Shown here: one piece after another, positions 13,000 through 24,794 of the stretch
Layout: every line of letters begins with the position of its first letter
Numbering within the stretch: position 1 is the stretch's first letter
Origin: Halocafeteria seosinensis
Taxonomy: Eukaryota
Direction: 5' to 3'
DNA: 35,319 bases
Assembly: GCA_001687465.1 (NCBI GenBank)
Contig: LVLI01000378.1
Location: forward strand, 1 to 35,319
The notes under the pieces: model-generated
Seen by the model: only the letters and a program-made list of their open reading frames with translations
What the model was told of the DNA's origin: nothing
The model's database searches: none
Program-made: the position numbers and the translations under genes

Positions 13000-13496
13000 G
13001 ATCAATCTGGCTCAACGTTGTGCTGATAGAACAGTTTCAAACGACCCTGCACACTGAATCCGTGTCTTCAGCCGACGATAACAAGAGTCTCCCTCTTTTC
13101 TGCATGGAGTACTCTACAAAAAATTTTCTTAAGCATGCGCGAGAGACAATAATAACAATTGCAATTGGAGAATGTTTTTGAATTTGGGAGCTGCCGCTTG
13201 TGAAGAAGCCCAATGGGAGGACAATCTTTCCGTGGAGTTATGGTCACCGTGATCATGATCACCGTTCAGGCTCAGTAATGGGTCGTCGACCGTATTGTTG
13301 ATTGCTTATATTTCTTGGGAAGATAAATGTGTATGCTCATCAACTGTGGTTAAGTTCCGATGGGCATTTTTCCTTTTATGGGAGCTAGAGTAAGTACTTG
13401 ACCACCCGTGCATAAACCCGCTATGTATGCGCGTATTCTTTTTTCTCAGATTTGAGAGACCAGTGGCAAGTGAAGTAAACGCATAATCGAGCAGAT

Positions 13497-13931
13497 ATGG
13501 CAGCAGTCAAAGGACATGCAATGCTCCTGGTGAATGCGGGCATTGCCAAACCCTCGCCTAAGGTGGGCCAAGCTTTAGGACCTCTTGGTGTGAACATGAT
13601 GGAATTTTGCAAGCAGTTTAATGATAAGACCTCACACTTTAAGGCGAGTGCAGTAATGAGAGTGAAAGTTACTGCGTATGAAGACAGAACTTTTGATTTT
13701 GAAACGTTCCCACCATCGACAACATGGTTCCTAAAAAGAGTTACAGGTGTTCAGAAGGGCACATCCACCCCGGGGCATGCGAAAGTAGGAACTGTTTCAC
13801 TGAAGGCAGTATACGAGATCGCTAAGGTCAAGCAGGCGCATGATCCACGGTTAAGTATACTACCGTTAGAAAGCATTACCAAGAGTGTTGCATCCTCTGC
13901 CAAGACCCTCGGCTTGGAAGTAACCCACTGA
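13497..13931 (+). CDS. MRPL11: Mitochondrial (bacterial-type) ribosomal protein uL11
   Basis: AGIAKPSPKVGQALGPLGVNMMEFCKQFNDKT...PSTTWFLKR...VGTVSLKAVYEIAKVK, single coding exon. Candidate 5' UTR intron at 13390-13449. Confidence 0.93.
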   Translation: MAAVKGHAMLLVNAGIAKPSPKVGQALGPLGVNMMEFCKQFNDKTSHFKASAVMRVKVTAYEDRTFDFETFPPSTTWFLKRVTGVQKGTSTPGHAKVGTVSLKAVYEIAKVKQAHDPRLSILPLESITKSVASSAKTLGLEVTH

Positions 13932-14325
13932 GGACAGGATCAATGCTCAACCTTATACAACGCGAAATCGAATCGAAGAGGAAGTTCATGAACCGCGTGA
14001 ACATGATTCAAGTCTGTTTTACATGTGGGATATTCGCTTGCTCCCGGAATAAGGTCCCTATTCAGACGACAGACCCAATCAGTCTGTCCGCGCCGCAGAT
14101 CGCCGATTTGCCGAAGGCACGATACAGAGGTTTTCCACCGAAATGGATTGTCAATCTTTTTTGTTTTTTGTTTTTGTATATACAAACTATAGTCCATATG
14201 TCTTTCCATAGGCGAAAAGATAACAATAACTACCTCTGGACTCCCTGTGTGGACTCTGCATGTGCATGTGGTACTCTCTTTAAGTCGATCGAGGTCTCTG
14301 TACAAAGCTTAGGTCTTTAGCGACA

Positions 14326-15450
14326 ATGGCGGCGAGGAGTAAGTTCTTGTATGTCCTACAACAGGGACGAGCTGTTGTCAGCGAGCGAATGTCGAGGCCT
14401 AAAGGAACGTCAATGCGATTCGTAGCCATTTCTGATACGGTATGTGCTTGATATGGGTGTTCGTGTCACTAGATGGCCAAGTTAGGTGTTCTGTTTCTAC
14501 TGCAGCATCGACATGAAAACAGGATGGCCATTCCCGAAGGAGATGTTCTCATTCACACAGGTATGCACTGGAAAAGCCATGGGCTTTTGGTTGTACATCT
14601 TACATAATAAGTGGCTCAGGCAATCTACTTCACAAGGATGCCGCTGGAATGAAGCACCCTCTTACCCCTGGACTAGAAGAGCTACACGAATTCAACGAAT
14701 GGTTGCGCACGCAACAACATAGATACCGCATAGTGCTTGGGGGCAACCACGATCTTACACTTGAGGACATTGGGCAGACCAAGGCGAGCACCATCTTGAA
14801 CTGTGCTACGCTACTGGTAAGTGACCAGCAAGACGTCTCGAAACTCTATATAGTGTTTCTACCTTCTATTTGCAGAATAATAGCCCTACGCTTATTCCTG
14901 AGCTAGATCTCTATATATGGGGTACTTCATTTTCCGCCGCTGCTGAAAAGGGACCTGAGTCCCGCTTGAATGCGTTTCAGTCTAAAGACCTCCAGCGACA
15001 GACGGAATCGGAAGAAGTCTCTGCTGATATCTTACTCTCTCACGGTTCTCCCAAAGGTATTCGCGACGGAAAGAGTGGATCGGAAACACTTCGTACATTG
15101 ACCCAAAGGGTGAATCCCATGTTCCATGTTTTTGGGTAAGTGCGATAGCATCTCCCTCATGATTGTTCTGATGTTACATAGGGGTTTACAGGCACTCAAA
15201 ACTCGAGCACGGAGCAACATTACAAAACGGTACCATTTATGTGAACGCATGCAACACGAACAACGAGTATAAGTTGCAATATCTGCCTATAGTCTTTGAT
15301 GTTGACATGGATCAGCTGCACAGATACAGGGAATGGAAGAGCAACAATAAGCCTGAACAGTGGGACGATAAAACAGTGTGGGAGAATGAACAAGTGAACG
15401 GTGAAATTCCTAGGAAGATCTATCCTGAGTTGTCCAAAACGCAGGAATGA
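14326..15450 (+). CDS. Calcineurin-like metallophosphoesterase (MPPED/239FB-like), about 5 exons
   Basis: The spliced product reads RFVAISDT|H...IPEGDVLIHTG|N...FNEWL...IVLGGNHD...LLSHGSP...FHVFG|H...YVNAC. Introns 14440-14505, 14561-14619, ~14817-14875 and ~15137-15191. Confidence 0.88.
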
Positions 15451-16484
15451 CAACTATGACACTATGTGCTCACGGCCTTCGACAACCACTCCGCCTGCAG
15501 CTACGCTTGCGAACTTGTCGTGGTCAGTTGCGGCCACATGGAAACATGGGAACAATATGTATTGTTTTCCAAAAAACGGCTGCGAGGCATAAACTCACCC
15601 GGGCACTCTCCAGACACTGTCACTCTGTAGAGTTGTACAATACGCTACTCTCTGCCAGTGAGTTCCACTACAATTAATCAATGACAACTTGATGAACTAC
15701 AGCTGTTACTCAGTATTAATTCACGCTGCATCAATGCGACACACCTGAGTATCTTCCGCTGAACTAAAATGGGGCCCTGATTCCCGCATGGAAGTCCTAG
15801 TCTGGAATCCTAGCGTAGAGTCTGACTTCACATTTGCCGCTGTGAAGGTATGTATATCAGCACTGTCCATCCAATCGTTCCATTGGGGGATTGAATAGAC
15901 GATGATTGATTGTATGGAGTTATGATTTCGGTATAGGTAAGTACTGCCGCCATTGTCTTTCCAAAATACCCAATGATGAGCAATGTAAAAGGTCTGACGA
16001 AGCGCTAAGCCTGGGGAGACTTGCCCGAGCCATGCGAATGGTCTGGTCTGAGTTCCATACCGCTTGGTTCGGCACAGTATCCCCAGGTTACCTCGCACAG
16101 GAGAGGAAAGGACTGAGCTTGTGGGTACTGAGGGAAAGTCGTCCTACAATATGCCGGGATACTGAAGTCGCAGGTCCCTCGGTAGTAGGACTTCCCACAA
16201 TAATTCGGGTCGATTTACAAAAGGCTGTTTGGCCAAGCGATGCCAAACTAGTACAAGGCACGGCACCAACATCATCGCACCACCGCCCACAGGCATAAGC
16301 CGTGAGAGAGGATAGTATCGCTCTTCCCAGGCAACACAGTCATATTCTTTCCTCTCCAGAGGTCTTCCATGATCTTAAAAGGCGAAGCTGAGGGTGGTTT
16401 CCAGCGTTTTCAGCCGCCTTCTTTATTAGCTTGATACTCCTTCGACTCCCATGTTCCGTTCTGCAAACGTTGTGATTGCAGACA

Positions 16485-17363
16485 ATGTTCTCGGGACCCG
16501 TGAAGCATGTGTTTTTCACAGGGCCACCTGGGTAAGTTTGAACGGGACTACCCGGTACTACTACAATGTACACTTGTTGCGGCTGATGAACTCAGCATCG
16601 GAAAGAGTACACTCGTTTCTCGTGTTGCTTCCACGCTGAAGGAACGCCTCGGATGTGACAGCGTGAAGGGCTTCGTAACGGAGGAAGGTAAGGTTCAGGA
16701 CGAATGCCAAGTGGACACAGCGACGGAACAGATTGCCCTAGTTTTTGTAGACCGTCTCAGTCCGTCGAGGAGGGACTCGTCAAGGCTTCGACGTCGTTAC
16801 TACTGATTCGAAAAGATTCCCCCTTTCACGAGCGTTTGCAGAAGGAGAAGAAACAACAGGTCCCAAAGTTGGGAAGTAAGTTGCAGCTGCTTCGATTCCT
16901 ACCAAGAAGGCGTAAGGAATCCATTACTAAGGATGCTTCTTAATTTGGTTGGTTTGCAGGTACACAGTTTTCTTGGAGGATTTTAATTGCGCTGTTGATG
17001 AAATTTTCCCCGAAGAAGAAACCAGGGCAACACAAACAGTCTTTGCGCTTGACGAGGTTGGCAAAATGGAACTATTTTCGGACAAGTTTAAAGACAAAGT
17101 ATCAACCTTCCTTGAAACATCAAGGGAAGTGCATGTTATTGGTACGCCACACTCGGCTTTTGCCATGTTTGTCTTTCATTCCACAGTGATGCCGTTCGCT
17201 GCTTCCAGGAACCGTGCCCATGGCGAAAGGAGGCAAGCAAATTCCTTTTGTGGAATCAATTTGCGGCAGAGACGATGTTGCAGTCGTAGAAGTAACCAAG
17301 GATAATAGAAATAGTTTAGTGGAAGAAACTGTCTCGTCTTTGATGTCTCTGATGCAGAAATAA
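16485..17363 (+). CDS. NTPCR: NTPCR/THEP1-family nucleoside triphosphatase, multi-exon
   Basis: KHVFFTGPPG|IGKSTL (Walker A split by an intron), GFVTEE|VR...GFDVV, LDEVGKMELFSDKF and VEVTKDNRNSL. Confidence 0.9.
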
Positions 17364-17526
17364 ATGTCAACTTCAAGTTTATTACTGGTACATCCACGAA
17401 AGCTACTGGTATTGATTTTAATAGTTGCCCCAGTGTTTTATCCTCCTCGTTGTTGCCGGATCCTCAGCAAGACCCGGTTTCATGCTAATGATCACTGGCA
17501 ACGGGCCACATACCTCCAATCTACGC

Positions 17527-19707
17527 ATGTTAACATGTCTTTTCCTGGGACTCTTCTGTGCTATTTGTCGTGAATCATCTTTTGCAATTGCAGACAGTCG
17601 GAATCCTCTCCAGGAGTATGTGAAATGGTAAGTACATGTTTCTCCTAATCAAAGCACAAATCACAGAGGTTGACAGAGCTGGCCTCGCCTACGTGCAGGC
17701 TGAAATACAATGGAGCAAACCTGAGCGCCCTGAACTTCCATGTGGATGAGGGGGCAGCGAGAATTGTCCTATCAAAGGATATCGACGCGAACGAGACTTT
17801 TTTGGAAATACCTGGGGAATTATGCTTAAGCTCCGTCAGCGCGTTGATGCACCCACTGATGGGAGCAGCACTAGAAAAAGCGTATCGAACGAGCCCCCCT
17901 GTGGAATCGTCCAAAGGGTTAAGCAAGCTCGTTGCAAACGTGCATTATGTAAGGTGCATTTCTTACCGATGTTTAAAAATGTATAGGTATAATTCCTTTC
18001 TTAGTTCAACTCCTCCAGGAAGCCTTTTATTCAAAACAATCAGTATTCGACCCGTGGTTGAGGTTGCTGTCGTACGCTCACTTGTTGCACCCCCTCTTCT
18101 ATAGCGAGAAGGAGAAACACGTCTTCTTATTGAATAGCTCTTATTTCAATCCCGATATATCATCAGCGGCTAACCAAGGTTTGAATGACTCCCTTTGAAA
18201 CTCTTTTTTCAGCTTGTAAGAGATATCTCAATCGCAGGAATTTCTACGTTTTCTTCGACTATCAATGAGAAAATGAAAGTAATTAGCAGGGAAAAGGATG
18301 CCGTCTCCTCCTTTGTCGTGCGTGAAGTAATCATTCCCCTCTCGAAGGAAGAAGGTAAACGAGGAATGACTCTGACTTACGGCAACGTGCGAAACCGCGA
18401 TGTACAAGCGCGGCTACTGCAAGAACTCAAGTGGGCCTATGTGATTACAAAAATGAAGCACCAGATCTTCGAAGTTAGGACGCTAGCGAACAGTGGAATC
18501 ACGCCGTCCTCCGGAAACCAAGCTTTTATGATTCCACTGCTTGATATGTTTGTGTTACCAAAGAGGAAAAGTAGGCGCTCAACGCACTAGGTATTCATGC
18601 AAGTTCGAGTAACGTTCCTCGTTTGCTATTACAGATTTCACACGGCCTCAAATGCGACTGATGCCAGAACGTAACATGAACAAGAGGTGCTTAGAACAGT
18701 TCTCTTGGAATCCGGACAGCAAAGCAAGGTGCGCGTTACAGTACCCTTCTCAGCGCTCTCATTCCAACTTGCAATTCACCCTCGCAAGTAAAATGTAAGG
18801 AGAACAGGAATTTGCTGTTGGAGCTTCTTAAAGGATTTTCTTATTCTACTCACAGCTCCAGAAAGTCGACCACAAACCCAGAGGTGGGCTTCTTCCGCAC
18901 CAATGTTGTGCCTTGTGCCTTAGATTTACTTCTCGAGTAAGGAAACATAGCGGGACGCTACTGGAGTTACCAAGGCTAGCGCAATTTTTCTCTGCAGCTA
19001 TGGGACGGTCAATCCTGTTGGGCTCCACAACTGCGCCTATGTGACACTCAATACTTCATCACTGCTGCTAAGAAGCCCCAAGCATCTCTTTGAGCTCCAA
19101 ACTAAGACATTAGAGGACCTCGTAAGAAAAAAATGGAGATAACCAATGATGAAATTAGTGTTAACACGTTTTGGAATTACAGAAACTCATTCAGCTGGTG
19201 TCCTCAAGGCTGCACGTAACCTTGATCTGGGAGGAACCGCTGGATTCTCGCCTTTTCCGAACGATACGAGTGCTTGTAGCAGAGGAAGAGGAAATAAGGT
19301 ATGCTCAGAGTTCATCGCACACTATCCTTGTCATCAGCACCAACGAAGAATATATAAAATGCAGGGAGGTGACCAGACTAGGCGGAGACTGGGGCTCTCC
19401 TATTTCGCTAATGAACGAGCTGAAGTGCCTCAGATTTCTGCTGGAAGCACTGCAACATGAAAAAGTAAGGGAGTATGAATCCTACCTGGCAGCGAAAAGG
19501 CACTGTCGATCGACTTCGAACGAGATGCAGAACTTGCTCACCTCAGCTAGAATGCGCGTCGCTGAGGAGAGTGGTTGGCAGGACAAAAAGAACATGAATT
19601 TAGTACAGATAGATACGATACATTCTGGTGCAGTGGAAACACTCCAGCGAAGTGTGAGTTGGCTGACCAAGCGTTGGGTAGACTTCCTTTACGCTCCAGG
19701 ACTGTAA
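17527..19707 (+). CDS. SET-domain/Rubisco LSMT-like protein, paralog A (divergent, multi-exon; start may be 17482)
   Basis: Hydrophobic N-terminus MLTCLFLGLFCAIC, then EYVKW|L, KDIDANETFLEIPGELCLS, LKWAYV, MIPLLDM, YGTVNP and PISLMNELKCLRFL. Confidence 0.7.
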
Positions 19708-19713
19708 TATCCC

Positions 19714-21912
19714 TCAAAATTCGGTGCCGCTCCCCACTCTGAGAAATGACATCCAGTATTCATCGAGTAGTTCGAGACCTTTGGTACATGCCGCAATCAT
19801 ACCCCGTTGGACAATCAGAAGATTATGCCGGGAATATGTCGCTCGCAGTGACTCCTCAGAGAACTGCTGCAAGGCTACACTTATCGATCGTCTCAAGCGT
19901 TGGCGCGTCAAGAGCAAACCATTTTGAAGGTCTACAAGAGCCGAATACTCGTTTCTCATGTTCACTACTTCACTAATGTTAATGTTGTACATTTCACTGA
20001 AAGCAGCAGGACGATCAAAATTAGCACATTAAGGGAGAGGGGGACCAGTTCGATATGATTCTTACCTAAGATCCCGAAACAGGATATGTTTTAAACGGAA
20101 GAGCCTAAGGACATCGGATGATAGCGTCGTATCAGACATGCATATGTTGCCGATACTCCTCAGCTCTTTGTATTCAGTATCGTCGTCAAAAAGAGCCTTC
20201 TTCAATTTGCCCAAAGTAGAACCCGCAAAAGAGATATTGGCATCAACTGGGAAACACACTCTGTCCTGCTCATTCGTCACAAATCCGTAGCTGCAGTGCG
20301 CCAGAGAGGTACAATTATGGATACTGTGCATTGTACGTCACCGCTTTCTTACGTATTCAAGAGGTGGTGATCTTCCCTTTTCTGATCCGTGCCATCGTAC
20401 GAGAGTTCTATTGAATCACCCGCAGAAAGATCTCTGTTGCAGAGCGGTGGAAAATATAAGCCAAGGTGTTTCCAATCAGAAAATCTTGTTCCAGGCGGAC
20501 TTACATGTCAGTTCTGTAAACGTAGGATGTAACTTCTCTGGTGTTCTGTTTCTCGATCGATTTGGTGGTAGTGCGTAGTCCAGGCCGAGCAGAATGATGA
20601 TTCATCAGTTGAGCGATAGGAACGAGGACTCCTGCGCCGGATGAACGCTTGCTGAAGCGATTCCGAATTATTTGATCGTCTGGTTCTTACCTTTGTCACC
20701 TTTAAATCTTGGTCCATGAGCCCGACTTTGTATCATATTTACTGCCCAATGAACCTCCTTTCGAACCCTGGAATGCACATACTTTCAATCTTGTAATATT
20801 CGCTAGTGATTTAAGTGTTAAACTTATCGAGGAGTTTCTCACCTTCGAAACACGTCAGGTGATTCGACGTTTCCATAAATATCCGGTCTGGAGCTCAGAA
20901 GATGCTGAATGAGGATTTTCACGGTTTTATCTGCGTCCATGGCTTTGCCTGATCCATTAATCAGTGCATCATTAGGATGGTACAACATTGCATACCCTTT
21001 AAGGATATCTGTCTAGAGAACACACCCGTAGCTTCGTCCAATAGATCCAGTAACTTTGCGTCGTCTCCTGAATAATAGGAGGGAACAGCAGGGGACTGGG
21101 GCAACGTAGCTATAAATGCCTTCCATGGAGAAGTTAGGAAATTATAAAATGCCTCCTGCATACGTCGTATAAATAGACGAAGTGCATTCAGTCCATGTCG
21201 GGAAGCCATACATACGTAGTGTAGCAAGAGGATCATCCCATTTAAAGCTCCAATCCTAGCAGAGTCAAAATTTTTGATCTTTTGGATCCCCATGCGATAT
21301 AATGGCCCGACGACAGGATGTGTGGTCGCATTGCTTCCGTGTATGCACAAGCGTCGAGGGACTTCGAAGACCACTTGGCCCTTCTTCACTGGTCGGGTAG
21401 ACACTAATTCCCATCCACCGAAAGCGTCCCTCTCCGGCTTTACTGAAGACACATCTGCTCCTAAATTCCTCACTCTGCGGTAGAAGTGAGTAAAAGCACG
21501 ACTGGAGTACCCTTCATATTGCAGTTGCGGATACCTACTCTTCGAATAAGTTCTTAAGCGCATCCTCGGCTGTCATATAACTCCATGGTCCGGTCGATGG
21601 AGGTTCGACAGCTGCAATCCCTGTTGCATGTCGAGCAGAAGGAATTTCATTGCTGCTGTAGACCAACAGAAGCGGAAGTATTGAAGAAGATACGACAATA
21701 TGCAAAGAGGAATCCAAATTGTGTGTGTGTACGTACTGTGTGTTAGTGCTGGAGCTGGTGCGATGGATCGCGGAATCTTGTTGCTGCTCGTGGATCCCCC
21801 GTTGCCTATGGGTAGAACTAGTTTTGTTGATAATTGCCCTTACGAAACACAACTCCGACGAAGCGCTCCATACTATCAACAAGAGGAATGCGTTGACCCG
21901 GTTCTTGTTCAT
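19714..21912 (-). CDS. SET-domain/Rubisco LSMT-like methyltransferase, paralog B (multi-exon)
   Basis: The spliced product contains GGWELVSTRPVKKGQVVFEVP, SPWKAFIATLP, WAVNMIQSRA, LVPIAQLMNH, GDSIELSY and LLNT|YGFV. N-terminus MNKNRVNAFLLLIVWSASS. Confidence 0.85.
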
Positions 21913-22291
21913 GATGCGTTCACAAACTCCAATTTTGATATATAAGGACGAGTACGGCAAACTACATCAATAAATTATAAAGTACAGCATCTCCATACTT
22001 CCTGTTAGACGAGAAACTGACTATTACGTTTGTGGAACTACGTGGGAGGTGTAATCCAAGTTGATTATCAAACACTGATGCTCAACTTCACAAGGAGCTT
22101 CGTGCAATGCATCACATGGGTTATCATTGTTCAAGTTCGTAAACAGTTTAACTTATCGACTACTTTTGTCACTCGTGTCCCATTAAAGGGCCCTTATTCA
22201 CTCATATGATTTCCACGCTGTTGCAGATGAGTGACCAGTGGGGTTCAAAGGCACGGTGCCCCTCCTCCCGCGGTGTGCACATTTCCCGTGA

Positions 22292-24365
22292 TTAGCTCTT
22301 CTCATCGCCCAGCAAGGACATCCAGTGTTCCCTGACTACGTTCTGAGCGTTCTGTGCTGCTGATATTATGCTTTTATGTACGGCCAGCATTGTTCTTTGA
22401 GGAGACGAAAGTGCGCTGGATTGCTCACTAAGGAACTCCATCGTTTTGTTTAGCGCTAGTTGTTCGCGATACAATGTAAACTGAGCAACTCGATACACCA
22501 GATTTAGCGCTTTCTGTTCGTTATCAACGCTTATAATTTTGTGATGATCTATGGAGTCCCTAGACCTGTATACATCGATAGAAGACAGTTAAAGGACGAA
22601 TGCTTGGTGGCTATAACTTAGAACTTACTCCAAGTCCGCAACTCCAAGGTTCATCAGTCTAACGACCTCTAGCAGCCGAATCGGAATTCTCGTATCAGAC
22701 AAGCAAAAAGGAAAGTCCTGTTGGTTTGTCTTCATCAAACCTACTTTGTACACTAATTGCGAACGGAATTCTTCTATCATTCCGCTTTTAGAAGTGTCTC
22801 CTAGCCGGATGGTCACAGGGAAGCACTGCCTGTTCTCTTCTCCTGTTATGAAACCGTACCTGGAGTATTTTCAGCAGTGACAATGCAAGCCGGGAGATCT
22901 ACGTTGTACGGGCAGTACTTGAGACGTACGTGTTAAGCATGTGCAAATCTGACTTGGCGCCTTCTCCACTATTGTAGGAGGTGTGAATGAAGTCCCCCTT
23001 CCTCAAGTGCCTGTCATTTGAGGCATGTCGGTGAGCTAAACAAATTGGTGGATACCTCATCTGCATACGTACGCAGAACTGGTATGGGTGTAGGAGAGTA
23101 AAGTGATTGTGCCATCGTCGTTCTGTTTCGCCGTTCCGCCTATGGCTTCCGTATGAGTATGATGGTTCATTAGTATGGCAATTGGGACCAACGCCGCTGA
23201 GAAATGCACACACTTCCGCTACTAGCTTCAATCGCTACCAGTGTGCGACATCAGTGCGTACCTTTGTCTCCTTTGAAACGAGGTCCATGTGCGCGAGTGG
23301 AAGCAACACTGACAGCCCAGGAGACCTCTCTTTTCAGCCTGCGAGAATGTGAGCAAGGGCGTCGCGAGAACGAAATGGCATTGCAATTGTCCCCTTTACC
23401 TTGTAACCACCTCATCGTTCTTTATGTCACCATATATGTCGGGACGCTCGGAGAGGACGTTGTACACTATGGCATCTACTGTCAACTCTGCCAAGCAATA
23501 TGTTTCAGTCTGATTCGAACAGTGGAGGGAGGTATGGAACTTGTTCACGTACTATGCCCCTGGGCACTTTCCCCGTACTTCCCGTTTGATTCATTTAGAA
23601 TGTCCCTAACCACTGCATCGTTTCCTTTGTAGTAGAACGGCGTGGGGAACCTCCGGGGAAGCGTTAGCAGGAATGGCCTCCAGAATGACTTCTTTAAATT
23701 ATAGAACATTTCCTGAGAAACAGTTCAATAAATAGACGGAAACTGTATTACATCCGAACGAATGTGGAGCTCGTATTCTCTTACATAATGAAGAAGTAAG
23801 ATGATTCCGTTCAACGATGATTCTTGATCATCTTCAAAGTTGATAATGAAACTGTATCAGTAGAACAGCTTGTAGTAGAGGTAACTTCCATTGTCCTCTT
23901 TTAGACATACCTTGTGGCATGGGAAAATAGCGATTTCACTACCGGATGGCTTGTGACATTCGTGCCGTGAATTGACAAGGAAACTGGAATCTCCAGTAAA
24001 GTTGTATTGGCTTGTGAATCTTGTTTAGAAATCAGATCCCAACCCCCATATCCGTCTCGGATATATGTTACACCTGAAATCTTTGCGCCGTGTGCCTCAG
24101 CCCTGGATGTAGAAGTGCTACCAAAGTAAGGCTTTACCTCAGGGCGACACACGAGATATAGCGCTCACCACTCGAACAAGTTTTTCATGTTTTCCTCTGA
24201 AGCTGCATCGTCATTAACCCAGCAGGTCTCAGGCTCTGGTGAGTTTGGAGGCTCTGTATGTATCTCTTTTGTGTTAACCGCGACAGCATTTGTAAAGACT
24301 GGTAGTTTTGCGCTGACGACCCAAAGTATGGCAAAGGGCCACCAGAACCGAAAGAGCATTCGCAT
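22292..24365 (-). CDS. SET-domain/Rubisco LSMT-like methyltransferase, paralog C (multi-exon)
   Basis: GGWDLIS...LLEIP, SFWRPFLLTLP, LVPIAILMNH, KGDFIHTSY and MLNT|YGFI. N-terminus MRMLFRFWWPFAILWVVSA. Shares intron positions and motifs (RPDIYG, SHPVV/THPVV) with paralog B. Confidence 0.85.
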
Positions 24366-24794
24366 GTTATTCAAGTATAGCGCCTTTCCACTTGTCTTGA
24401 AAACGCGTAGTCACACTAGCACGTATTATGCGCACGACGCGTGCATCAATTTCGATTGAATTAAACAATTTTGATGAAACACGATGCGCTCAGACGGCGT
24501 GTCTTCGCAGATATGTCACATGTGGCCAAGCGGCTCGGAGCAAACTTTTCTTTCACATGAGTATTCGACTGTGAGCGCTGCGCAGTACCACCCTGATAGA
24601 GGAGCCATAGGCGCGTATTGGGAAGATTTAATGGTAACATGTTTTATTAGAATGGGTGGAGTTGTGTAACATGGACGTGAAGATCCTAAACGAGAGCAAG
24701 CGGTGACCAAGTCCCAACATTGAAGCTTGACATCCTCAGATTTTTCGGCTAGATACTGCGATATACGTGCATTAATGCAGCCAAAATAGGTAAG

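Noticed and set aside
13378..13455. Spliced micro-uORF (MGARI*) upstream of uL11m
   Set aside because: Depends on an unverified UTR intron and transcription start; too short to support.
15460..16450. Possible spliced minus-strand gene between the phosphoesterase and NTPCR
   Set aside because: Protein-like ORF pieces exist and the gap is large for this genome, but I could not build a frame-consistent model or recognise a family.
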